40,635 bases of DNA from an uncultured delta proteobacterium (GTDB lineage: Bacteria; Desulfobacterota; Syntrophia; Syntrophales; UBA5619), in contig CAWFOM010000026.1 of the NCBI GenBank assembly GCA_963817385.1, forward strand, positions 1 through 40,635, read 5' to 3'. Made by a program: the position numbers and the translations under genes. Shown piece by piece: positions 1-8,113 of the stretch. The notes beneath the pieces are model-generated. The model had not been told where the DNA came from, ran no database searches, and saw only the letters and a list, made by a program, of their open reading frames with translations. Numbering within the stretch: position 1 is the first letter of the stretch; every line of letters begins with the position of its first letter.

Positions 1-64
1 GTGATTCACCAATAGCAATCCATTTTCATCTTGTCAAGTGGATTTTTTATTACGCGGAAACGGA

Positions 65-979
65 TCACGCCTTCCGGTGTTTGATGAAGGTGCCCTTTTC
101 GTACTCCTCGAAGGCGATCCGCAGTTCTTCCTGCGTGTTCATGACGATGGGGCCGTACCAGGCAACCGGCTCCCCGATCGGTTTCCCGGCCATGAGAAGG
201 AAGCGGACCGGCTCCTCCCCGGCGGAAACGACGATCTCCTCCCCGTCGGTGAACAGGACGAGTTCGCCGTCGGTCACGAAGGGACTCCGTTTGATGTCGA
301 AATAGTTCCTTCCTTCGACCTCGTAGGAAAACGGGTTCTTTTCCCTGCAGAAGATTCCCCGGCCCGCGATCACATAGGCGAATACCGTATGCCCCGGACG
401 GGTGGGGTGAATGAACTCCGTCCCCGCGGGGAGCGTCACGTCGAGGTACTCGGGATCGGTGACGATGTCCCGGACCGGCCCCCGAGTCCCGGCGACCTCG
501 CCGCAGATGATCCGGATCGTTACGCCGTTTGCGGCGGAGATCTCCGGGATCTGGCCGCTTTTCACGTCGCGGTAGCGGGGCTCCATCATCTTGTGCGAGG
601 CCGGAAGGTTGGCCCAGAGCTGGAAGCCCCCCATGCGGCCCGCTGCATCCCCTTTGGGCATTTCCTGATGGATGATGCCGCTGCCGGCCGTCATCCACTG
701 GACGTCCCCGGGCGTGATCGCGCCCTTGTTCCCCATGCTGTCCCCGTGCTCGACCCGTCCGTCCAGGATATAGGTGATGGTTTCGATCCCGCGGTGCGGG
801 TGCCAGGGGAAGCCCTTCAGGTAATCCCGGGGATCGTCCGCGCGGAAGTCGTCGAGGAGCAGAAAGGGATCGAACTCCGAAGCCTTGCCGAAACCGAACA
901 GCCGCGACAGGCGGACCCCGGCCCCTTCGAGGACGGGCTTACCCTTGATTACTTTCCGGATCTTACGGGTTTTTCCCAT
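65..979 (-). CDS. Pirin family protein
   Basis: DPFLLLD, GFPWHPHRGIETITY and VQWMTAGSGIIHQEMP pirin motifs; start moved to ATG at 979 with GGAGG upstream. Confidence 0.95.
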   Translation of the reverse strand: MGKTRKIRKVIKGKPVLEGAGVRLSRLFGFGKASEFDPFLLLDDFRADDPRDYLKGFPWHPHRGIETITYILDGRVEHGDSMGNKGAITPGDVQWMTAGSGIIHQEMPKGDAAGRMGGFQLWANLPASHKMMEPRYRDVKSGQIPEISAANGVTIRIICGEVAGTRGPVRDIVTDPEYLDVTLPAGTEFIHPTRPGHTVFAYVIAGRGIFCREKNPFSYEVEGRNYFDIKRSPFVTDGELVLFTDGEEIVVSAGEEPVRFLLMAGKPIGEPVAWYGPIVMNTQEELRIAFEEYEKGTFIKHRKA

Positions 980-1022
980 GGCATACCTCCCTGGCGGCGG
1001 AAAGCCGAGACGCTCTGAGACC

Positions 1023-1328
1023 TCACGCCTTCTTCTTGGCGATCTCCTCCTCGACTTCCCGAGCCCCTTCGGCATAGAACCTCTCTTCGTCGGGGGCCAA
1101 CTCTTTCAGGAGGCGGAGGAACTCACCGGCATGCACCCGCTCTTCATCGGCTATGTCCTTGAGAACCGCGATGGCCAGGGCGTCGTCCGTGGACTCGGCG
1201 AGCTGCATGTACAACTGGACCGCTTCGTATTCAGCGGCGACCATGAACCGTATGGCCCGGATCAGCTCTTCCTTCGACAGTTTTCTGTTATTGGCGAGAC
1301 CCGTGAATGGTGAAGAGAATTCCGGCAT
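1023..1328 (-). CDS. Short ferritin-like protein (rubrerythrin/encapsulin-ferritin-like family)
   Basis: 101 aa; AAEYEAVQLY and DIADEERVHAGEF di-iron type motifs; AAGGAG RBS before ATG at 1328. Confidence 0.88.
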   Translation of the reverse strand: MPEFSSPFTGLANNRKLSKEELIRAIRFMVAAEYEAVQLYMQLAESTDDALAIAVLKDIADEERVHAGEFLRLLKELAPDEERFYAEGAREVEEEIAKKKA

Positions 1329-1386
1329 GACCGTTTCTCCTTTCTTCCGGTTGTGTTCGTATCCCAACTCGTGTGAGAACGCCGCG

Positions 1387-1623
1387 TTATTCGAAGGGAT
1401 TCTTGTACCCCGGTTTCTTGGTGAGGGTATGCTGCTTTTCCAGGATGTCGGGTTTGTAGACCTTCTCCGGCCAGTCCGCCGGCGAGACCTCCTCAAAGGC
1501 CACCGAGACGGATGGTTCCGGGCACTTGGCGATCGCCATCACATCCTTGACGATTGCTGCAGTCAGCTCTTGCTTCTGCTCCTCTGTCCTGCCGGGATGC
1601 AGCTTCACGATGATATGGGGCAT
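1387..1623 (-). CDS. 4-oxalocrotonate tautomerase family protein
   Basis: Catalytic Pro after Met (MPHIIVKL), GRTEEQKQEL, VSVAFEEV..W; GGAGG RBS. Confidence 0.93.
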   Translation of the reverse strand: MPHIIVKLHPGRTEEQKQELTAAIVKDVMAIAKCPEPSVSVAFEEVSPADWPEKVYKPDILEKQHTLTKKPGYKNPFE

Positions 1624-1699
1624 CGTTCATTCCTCCAAAGGGGATGTCTAACCCGAGGGAATCGCCTGATGGGAGGCGGTGCGGTCCCGCATTGCCCGT

Positions 1700-1852
1700 C
1701 GTCATCGCGGAGGAATCCGGAACAGCGTCTTCGGGAGGGGCGCATTGGAGATTTTCCGGGGTTACCGTGCAGACCGCAGCGGAGCGAGGATGTGCACGGT
1801 CGGAAAATGTCCAGCGCCATGGCGAAGACCTTTCCGGATTCATGGGATGGCG
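1700..1852. repeat. Long imperfect intergenic palindrome (REP/MITE-like)
   Basis: Nested arms GAATCCGGAA/TTCCGGATTC, GTCTTCG/CGAAGAC, ATTTTCCG/CGGAAAAT, ACCGTGCA/TGCACGGT. Confidence 0.7.
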
Positions 1853-1946
1853 AGAAGAACAGCGGCAATCCCCTGACGGACGAATATTTTATCATCAATC
1901 GGGTGAGATTGCCAAAGGTGAAATTACGGTCAATTGCCGTTGCTTG

Positions 1947-2678
1947 TTACGTTGAGGTGGGAATGACGTAGAGAAGGATTGCAAAGAAATGGCAGGCGCT
2001 CCCGCCCAGGACGAACAGGTGCCAAACGGCGTGGTGGTATGGCAGGCGACGCCAGCCGTAGAACACGAGGCCCGAGATGTAGGTGACGCCCCCGGCGATA
2101 AGGAGCAGCATGCCGGACGGTGTGAGGGTCGCGAGCAAAGGCTTAATGGCGACGACCACGATGAGGCCCATCCCCACATAGATGCCGACGGAGGCGACCG
2201 GCCAGCGGCGCAGGAGGGGAGCCTGAAAGATAACCCCGATCAGGGCGATCATCCAGACGATGCCGAACAGGGACCAGCCCCAGGGGCCGCGGATGTTCAC
2301 CAGCACGAAGGGGGTGTAGGTTCCGGCGATCAGGAGAAAGATGGCCGCATGGTCGAGGACCCGCAGCACGGTCTTTGCTTCGGGGAGCTGGATGCTGTGA
2401 TAGAGGGTCGAGGTGGTGTACAAAAGGATGAGCGTGGCCCCGAAGACGCTGCAGCTCACGATATGCCAGGCAGTGCCGAACAGGGTGGCAAATGCGGTCA
2501 TGACGGCGAGCCCCACGACCGCCAGAATGGCGCCGACTCCATGCGTGATGCTGTTGGCGAGCTCTTCCGCCTGGCTGTAGCTCGGCAGGGTTAATGAAGT
2601 GATTCTTGAGATATCCGTTATTTCCCTTCCTTTTTTATCGGTTGCACCGTTCAGACGAAGCGAGCGGCTCTTTAACAC
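1947..2678 (-). CDS. Hemolysin III / PAQR family membrane protein (start uncertain)
   Basis: EELANSITHG, STLYH, LDHAAIFLLIAGTYTP and HAVWHLFVLGGSACH motifs; about 7 hydrophobic segments. Confidence 0.93.
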   Translation of the reverse strand: MLKSRSLRLNGATDKKGREITDISRITSLTLPSYSQAEELANSITHGVGAILAVVGLAVMTAFATLFGTAWHIVSCSVFGATLILLYTTSTLYHSIQLPEAKTVLRVLDHAAIFLLIAGTYTPFVLVNIRGPWGWSLFGIVWMIALIGVIFQAPLLRRWPVASVGIYVGMGLIVVVAIKPLLATLTPSGMLLLIAGGVTYISGLVFYGWRRLPYHHAVWHLFVLGGSACHFFAILLYVIPTST

Positions 2679-2754
2679 CCAATTTCCGAAAAATGCAAGC
2701 GGAAAATGGAACGATATCCCCTCCCCGGTGCCGGAGTCTCTCTTGGTTTAAGGG

Positions 2755-2783
2755 TTGAAAAGTAGCCATACAATGGATATAGT
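2755..2783 (+). promoter_or_regulatory. Putative sigma70 promoter of usp gene
   Basis: TTGAAA-17 nt-TATAGT. Confidence 0.55.
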
Positions 2784-2870
2784 GGTGAAAAGTTCTGCAG
2801 ATGATCGTCATTTGCATGATTCGATGGGCGGTGCAAGAAAAACGCATAATCAAACGGGAGGGAGGTGTCT

Positions 2871-3329
2871 ATGATGTATCAAAAAGTCCTGGTTCCCCTT
2901 GACGGTTCGCCGCTGGCCGAGTGCGCATTGCCGCAGGTGAAAAAAATGGCAAAGGAAGGTTTTGTCAAGGAGATTATTCTTTTGACGGTGATCGATATCC
3001 ATCCGAGCGCCTTTATGGAAGGCTCTGATGTAACCGTTATCTATCAGGCTCAATTGGACAATTCCCGGGACTATTTCAAAAATCTGCAAGCCCAGTTCCA
3101 AGCGGAGGGGATCGACGTAAAAACCGAGATACTGCAGGGTGCCACCACCCAGACGATCGCCGATTACGCGAGGCAGAACGAGGTGGATCTGATTGTGATT
3201 GCCACCCATGGACATACCGGAATGAAACGACTGATGTTCGGCAGCGTGGCGCTCAGGATCATGCATGAATCCCAGGTGCCCGTGCTTTTGATCAGGCCGG
3301 ACGTCTGTCGGACAACGGGAAAGAGGTAG
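2871..3329 (+). CDS. Universal stress protein
   Basis: KVLVPLDGS, DLIVIATHGHTG, FGSVA, PVLLIR; GGAGG RBS. Confidence 0.95.
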   Translation: MMYQKVLVPLDGSPLAECALPQVKKMAKEGFVKEIILLTVIDIHPSAFMEGSDVTVIYQAQLDNSRDYFKNLQAQFQAEGIDVKTEILQGATTQTIADYARQNEVDLIVIATHGHTGMKRLMFGSVALRIMHESQVPVLLIRPDVCRTTGKR

Positions 3330-3347
3330 GACGTCAACGACACTCCC

Positions 3348-4161
3348 TCACCACTTGACGATCTCCACGTTGGAGAGGGTCCGTCCGAGGATCTGTTCGC
3401 CGATCGTCTGGAAGCGGTAGGGGACATCGGTAACGAAGAAGCGGTATTCGGGCGCCTTCCGCCGGGGAGTCGCGAGGCCCGATTCCGCAAGCAGATCGGC
3501 CGTGATGGCGGCCATCGCCTCGGCGGAATCGATGAGGGTGATCTGCGGTCCCGTCTCCTCCTGGAGGAGCGGCTTGAGCAGGGGATAGTGGGTGCAGCCG
3601 AGGACGAGCGTATCGATCCCCTCGGCGAGGACGGGCTTCAGGTACTCACGGGCGGTCAGCCGGGTGACCGGGTGGTCGAACCATCCCTCTTCGACGAGCG
3701 GCACGAAGAGCGGACAGGCCTGGGAATAGACCCGCATCTCCTGGTCGTAGCCGTGGATCGCCCGCGCGTAGGCGTTGCTGTTGATTGTGGCGGGGGTTCC
3801 GATCACGCCGATTGTCTTGGCGCGCGTGACGCTCACGGCCGCGCGCGCCCCTGCGTCGATGACATCCAGGACGGGAACAGGAGATCTCTCCGCCACGGTC
3901 GGGCGAGCGACGGCGGCCATCGTGTTGCAGGCGATGATCAGGAGCTTGACGTTTCGATGCAGGAGGAAGTCCGTGATTTGTCCTGCATAATCGGTGATCG
4001 TCTCCACCGATTTCACCCCGTAGGGGACGCGGGCCGTGTCGCCGAAATAGAGGATCTCCTCGAAGGGGAGGCGCTCCATCAGGGCGCGCACGACCGTCAG
4101 GCCGCCGACCCCGGAATCGAACACGCCGATGGGATCGTGCGAGGTCCTTATTCTCCGTCAT
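3348..4161 (-). CDS. murI: Glutamate racemase (probable +1 frameshift just after ATG at 4161)
   Basis: PIGVFDSGVGG, YFGDTARVPYG, IACNT, LGCTHYP; conserved N-terminus extends past the called GTG at 4124 and the nearest ATG is one base out of frame. Confidence 0.95.
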
Positions 4162-5341
4162 GAACCTTTTCCTTTCGCCGGGTCCCCTCGTAGAGCTCGT
4201 ACTCCAGGAGGCGACATTCGATTTCTCCGTTGTAGAAGGTGATCCGCCGCTTCGTCCGGAGTCCCACCCGTTTTCCCAGGGCGGCGTTTCCGGTGAAGAT
4301 GTACCCCCGGTAGCCGCCGCAGCGCTGTTTGAAAAAATCACCGATCTCCCGGTAGAGGCCGATCAGTCTCGACTCCTCCCCGATCCGCTCGCCGTAGGGG
4401 GGATTGATCAGGACGATCCCGCCCCGCTCGGGGATCGGCGTTTCGGCGAAGGGGCAGACGGCGAATTCGATGATGTTCTCCACCCCGGCCGTCCGGGCGT
4501 TCTGACGCGCCGCGGCGACGGCCTTCGGGTCGATATCCGTGGCGATGATCGCGGCCGCGGTCTCCTTCTGCGCCGCGTGTGCCTCCGCCCGGATCTTCCG
4601 CCAGGCGGCCGGTTCGAACCCCTTCAGATGGCTGAATCCGTAGTTGCTCCGGAGGAGTCCCGGCGCCTTCCCTTGGGCGAATAGCGCCGCCTCGATGGCG
4701 AGGGTCCCGCTTCCGCACATCGGATTGACGAAGCTCGTCCGCCCGTTCCATCCGGTTGCGAGGATCACCGCGGCGGCGAGGGTCTCCTGCATCGGCGCCA
4801 TAAGCGGGATCTTCCGGTAGCCGCGCCGGGAGAGGGGCTCGCCGGAGGTGTCCAGGTAGACGGCAAGCTCGCTTCCCTTCCAGTAGACGTGGACCACCGC
4901 CCGATCCCTCTCGGGACCGGAGTCGGGACGCACGCCGCAGCGCTCCAGAAGCCGATCGACAATGGCGTCCTTCGTCTTGACGTTGACGAACCGGGTGTCG
5001 GTGATCGTCGGGGTGTCCGCCGTGGCGGTTACGCAGAGGTAGGCGTGCTCGCCCCGCTCGTGGAGGAGCTCCTCCCAGGGGATCTCCCGGATGCCCCGGT
5101 AGAGACCGTCCGGATCCTCCGCCCGGAAGGCGGCAATGCGCCAGAGGACCCGGTGACCCGTCCGGAGATGGAGGTTCAGCCGCATCGTGTCGGCGAGGGT
5201 CCCCTCCGTCTCGACGGCGGCCTCCCCCTCCGCGAGGACGGGAAAGCCCAGGGCGCGGACCTCTCCGGCAAGCCAGGGGACGATCCCCTTCGGGCAGGTG
5301 ATGAGGATTTTCTGCTTTTCGACCCAAGGATTCGTGAACAT
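4148..5341 (-). CDS. THUMP-domain class I SAM-dependent RNA methyltransferase (RlmL-like)
   Basis: LDTSGEPLSRRGYR, APMQETLAAA, NPMCGSGTLAIEAA, NPPYGERI. Confidence 0.92.
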   Translation of the reverse strand: MFTNPWVEKQKILITCPKGIVPWLAGEVRALGFPVLAEGEAAVETEGTLADTMRLNLHLRTGHRVLWRIAAFRAEDPDGLYRGIREIPWEELLHERGEHAYLCVTATADTPTITDTRFVNVKTKDAIVDRLLERCGVRPDSGPERDRAVVHVYWKGSELAVYLDTSGEPLSRRGYRKIPLMAPMQETLAAAVILATGWNGRTSFVNPMCGSGTLAIEAALFAQGKAPGLLRSNYGFSHLKGFEPAAWRKIRAEAHAAQKETAAAIIATDIDPKAVAAARQNARTAGVENIIEFAVCPFAETPIPERGGIVLINPPYGERIGEESRLIGLYREIGDFFKQRCGGYRGYIFTGNAALGKRVGLRTKRRITFYNGEIECRLLEYELYEGTRRKEKVHDGE

Positions 5342-5389
5342 CCCGGATTTTTAACACAGCCTTCCGGAAATGCAAGGGAAAGAAGAAGG

Positions 5390-6430
5390 TCACCGCCTGA
5401 AGCGCCACCGCAGAAGCGGCGGCACTACAAGCAGAATGGAGAACAGCCTGAAGAGATGATAGGCCAGGACAAAGGTAACATCTGCATTGAGCGAGAGGGC
5501 GACGATGCCCATTTCTGTGAGGCCGCCGGGCGCTGTGCTCAGGAAGGCGGTGAGCAGGGAGACCGGGGTGATGAGCGTGAGGCCCAACCCGAGAAGATAG
5601 GTGAAGGCCACCAGGGCCACCGAGCCGCCGATGGCATAGGGGAATACCTTGCCGAGCTGCCGCAGGCTCTCCAGCGTGATGATAAGCCCCATATAGATCC
5701 CGAAGAAGAGCTGCGCCGTGTGCATCAGGAGGCGGGGGACCGGCGGGGCCGGAGAGCCGAAGAGAACGGCCGCCGCCGTGGCGAAGATCGGTCCCAGAAG
5801 AAACGGTATCGGTAGTTTCAGGCGGGAGGCAAGCCAGGCGCCCAGGGGAGCGATCAGGAGGGCCGGCAAGACTGAGGCGAGGCTGTACGTGAACGTTCCT
5901 CCGGTCGGGGTCACCAGCGGCCCGCCGGGCAGGTGGGCCATCCCGTAGGCAGCGATGAACGGGACGATGAATACGACCGTCAGCACGCGGGACATCTGCA
6001 TGAAGGTCACGACGGTCATATCCGCATCCGCGATCTCCTCGCAGAGGAGGACCATCTGCCCCAGGCCGCCCGGCATGCTGCCCAGGATGCCGCTCGCGAG
6101 ACTTATCCCCGTCCGCCGGTGCGTGACGTAGCCCGTCGCCGCGCAGAAGAGGACGGTGAAGAACGTCACCGCCGTCATCGCCGGCAGGTTGGCCAGGATC
6201 AGCTCGGCGGTTTCGACGGTCACGGTCCTCCCCATGGAGTACCCGATGACGATCAAACCGGCGTTCCGGAGTTGTATCGGCCAGCGGGCGCGTTTGCCGC
6301 CGGCCGCGTTATAGAGCAGGGTGATCGTCAGCGGCCCCAGCATCCATGGCAGGGGCATGTGCAGGAGTTCAAAAATGAAACCGCCGGGAATCGCAATGAT
6401 GCCGGTGGCAAGGATGGGCAGTAGTTTCAT
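5390..6430 (-). CDS. AbrB family (putative ammonia monooxygenase-like) membrane protein
   Basis: Duplicated halves PLPWMLGPL/PIPFLLGPI and MPGGLGQM/APGGLTEM; ATG at 6430. Confidence 0.9.
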   Translation of the reverse strand: MKLLPILATGIIAIPGGFIFELLHMPLPWMLGPLTITLLYNAAGGKRARWPIQLRNAGLIVIGYSMGRTVTVETAELILANLPAMTAVTFFTVLFCAATGYVTHRRTGISLASGILGSMPGGLGQMVLLCEEIADADMTVVTFMQMSRVLTVVFIVPFIAAYGMAHLPGGPLVTPTGGTFTYSLASVLPALLIAPLGAWLASRLKLPIPFLLGPIFATAAAVLFGSPAPPVPRLLMHTAQLFFGIYMGLIITLESLRQLGKVFPYAIGGSVALVAFTYLLGLGLTLITPVSLLTAFLSTAPGGLTEMGIVALSLNADVTFVLAYHLFRLFSILLVVPPLLRWRFRR

Positions 6431-6494
6431 CGCACGGGGCTCTTCGGTATCAATCGATCCCTGTTCCGGCACGCAATGGCGTGATAAATTCCCC

Positions 6495-6523
6495 TTGACA
6501 CCCGAAGCTCCTTTCCCTATCGT
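6495..6523 (+). promoter_or_regulatory. Putative sigma70 promoter
   Basis: TTGACA-17 nt-TATCGT, upstream of AAGGAGG RBS and ATG 6572. Confidence 0.6.
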
Positions 6524-6571
6524 CAACGAAAAATACAGCGGGCTCTTATCATTAAACCAAGGAGGAAAGCC

Positions 6572-6991
6572 ATGAAGGACCTCTCCTCCATGTCCAGCAG
6601 CAACCGCTTCTACACCGGCGACGCCCAACTGCGGATGCTGGGGGGGATCACCATGTCGTTCAAAACGGCAGCGGAAAAGCTGGGCAAGAAGCCGTCGGGC
6701 GAGGCGCTCGACGCGCTCGTGGCCAAACATTTCCCGGGCTTTAAACTCGATCCCGATCTGCGCGAAATGATCCTCACGCAGAAGACGCTCGAACGCAATC
6801 ACACCTACGTGGTGCAGAATATCCTGGGGCGGATGGTCGCGAGGCAAACCGGTTACTACTGGGGAACCGGGGGGCACACCGGGGAGCCGGTCCTGGTCGG
6901 CACCGCGGGACCGGGAGCGGATCTGTTCAGGGGGTACCAGGACAACACCGATTTCGGCAAGAACCTGCACCGCCTGATCGAAGCCCGTTAG
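6572..6991 (+). pseudogene. Alkaline phosphatase C-terminal fragment (open 139 aa frame)
   Basis: WGTGGHTGEPVLVGTAGPGADLFRGYQDNTDF matches the AP C-terminal motif; no N-terminal GDGM or DSA catalytic motifs. Confidence 0.7.
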
Positions 6992-7025
6992 GCCGCCTGC
7001 GGTAACCCGTACTCTCATCGGAGCC

Positions 7026-7060
7026 GGCCGCGGCAGTCCCGTTCGGGGATTGCCGCGGCC
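7026..7060 (+). terminator. GC-rich hairpin downstream of AP fragment (no U-tract)
   Basis: GGCCGCGGCAGTCCC-GTTCG-GGGATTGCCGCGGCC. Confidence 0.45.
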
Positions 7061-7240
7061 TCACCCCCTCAACTCTTCATCCTCTCGCTCAGGGACCTGC
7101 ATCTCTTCCCTCCCCCCCGACGTGGAGGGGGTGATGGGGTTAATGGATGCAAAGCCGAAGAATAGTTTTAAGTGCCCCTGGTCGCCCTCCGGCGGGAGGA
7201 AAGGGAAACGGTTTTTTGCGGGGTCGTCGATTTGGGAACC

Positions 7241-8041
7241 TTGAACAGAATATTCATCCTGATCGTATCCATTATGTCTCTTATCGGCTGCAATCTGCAA
7301 TACAGCATGCTCTATTATCCGGACGCGTCGGTGCCGTCCCAGGCGGAGCTTGCCGCCCATCAGCTCCGGTTCTGGCCTTCCGGACCGAACGGTTATCGGG
7401 GTTTCATCGGCACAGCCGAGATCAGGAATATCAAAGGCACGATCATCGTCTTCCACGGCAATGCCGGCACGGCGGCCGACAGGGTCTATTACCTGAACAC
7501 GCTCGGCTCGATGGGATATCGCGTCATCCTTGCCGAATATCCCAAATATGGGAAGCGGGAAGGGGATTTGGGCGAAAAGTCATTCGTGAACGATGCGAAA
7601 GCAGCGGTTCGTCTCGCCTCTGAACGGTACGGGGCCCCCCTTTTCCTCCTGGGCGAATCCCTCGGGTGCGGGGTGGCGGCGGGCGCGGCCGCGGATGCGT
7701 CCCTGAGGATCGACGGCCTCCTGCTCATTACTCCGTGGGATAAACTCCTGGCGGTGGCCAAATCCCATTTTCGATTCCTGCCGGTTGGCCTGTTCATGAA
7801 AGATCAGTATGACAACAGCGAAAATCTCAAGGCGTTTCCGGGGAGAATCGCCGTGGTGGGGGCGGAGTTGGACGAGATCGTCCCTGTCCGGCATGCCCAG
7901 GAGTTGTACCGGTCGCTACCTGGCCCCAAAAGGATGTGGATCATCAAGGGGGCCGGCCATAATGATTGGCCTATGGCTGTCGATGGCCCGAGGTGGCGGG
8001 AATTCATGGCTTTCATCGAAGGGGATCTTCGCCGGAATTGA
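7241..8041 (+). CDS. Alpha/beta hydrolase, probable lipoprotein
   Basis: FHGNAG, GESLG nucleophile, DEIVP, GAGHND triad; TTG start with hydrophobic signal ending LIGC. Confidence 0.88.
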   Translation: MNRIFILIVSIMSLIGCNLQYSMLYYPDASVPSQAELAAHQLRFWPSGPNGYRGFIGTAEIRNIKGTIIVFHGNAGTAADRVYYLNTLGSMGYRVILAEYPKYGKREGDLGEKSFVNDAKAAVRLASERYGAPLFLLGESLGCGVAAGAAADASLRIDGLLLITPWDKLLAVAKSHFRFLPVGLFMKDQYDNSENLKAFPGRIAVVGAELDEIVPVRHAQELYRSLPGPKRMWIIKGAGHNDWPMAVDGPRWREFMAFIEGDLRRN

Positions 8042-8113
8042 TGCCCCGCCCCGGGAGAACATACTCAATAGGCCGAGCGGTGCTCATGCACCCTCCCTCT
8101 TCTGCCAGCGATT

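Noticed and set aside
9..37. Minus-strand TTGACA-17-TATTGG promoter pointing out of the window
   Set aside because: Weak -10 and the target gene is outside the window, so it cannot be evaluated
5390..7018. 542 aa ORF as a long AbrB fusion
   Set aside because: The N-terminal extension is the antisense of the AP fragment and its promoter; real start is at 6430
7061..7240. C-rich/G-rich stretch resembling a REP element (also 13804-13860, 37253-37403)
   Set aside because: Only short imperfect stems and no clear shared sequence among the three spacers
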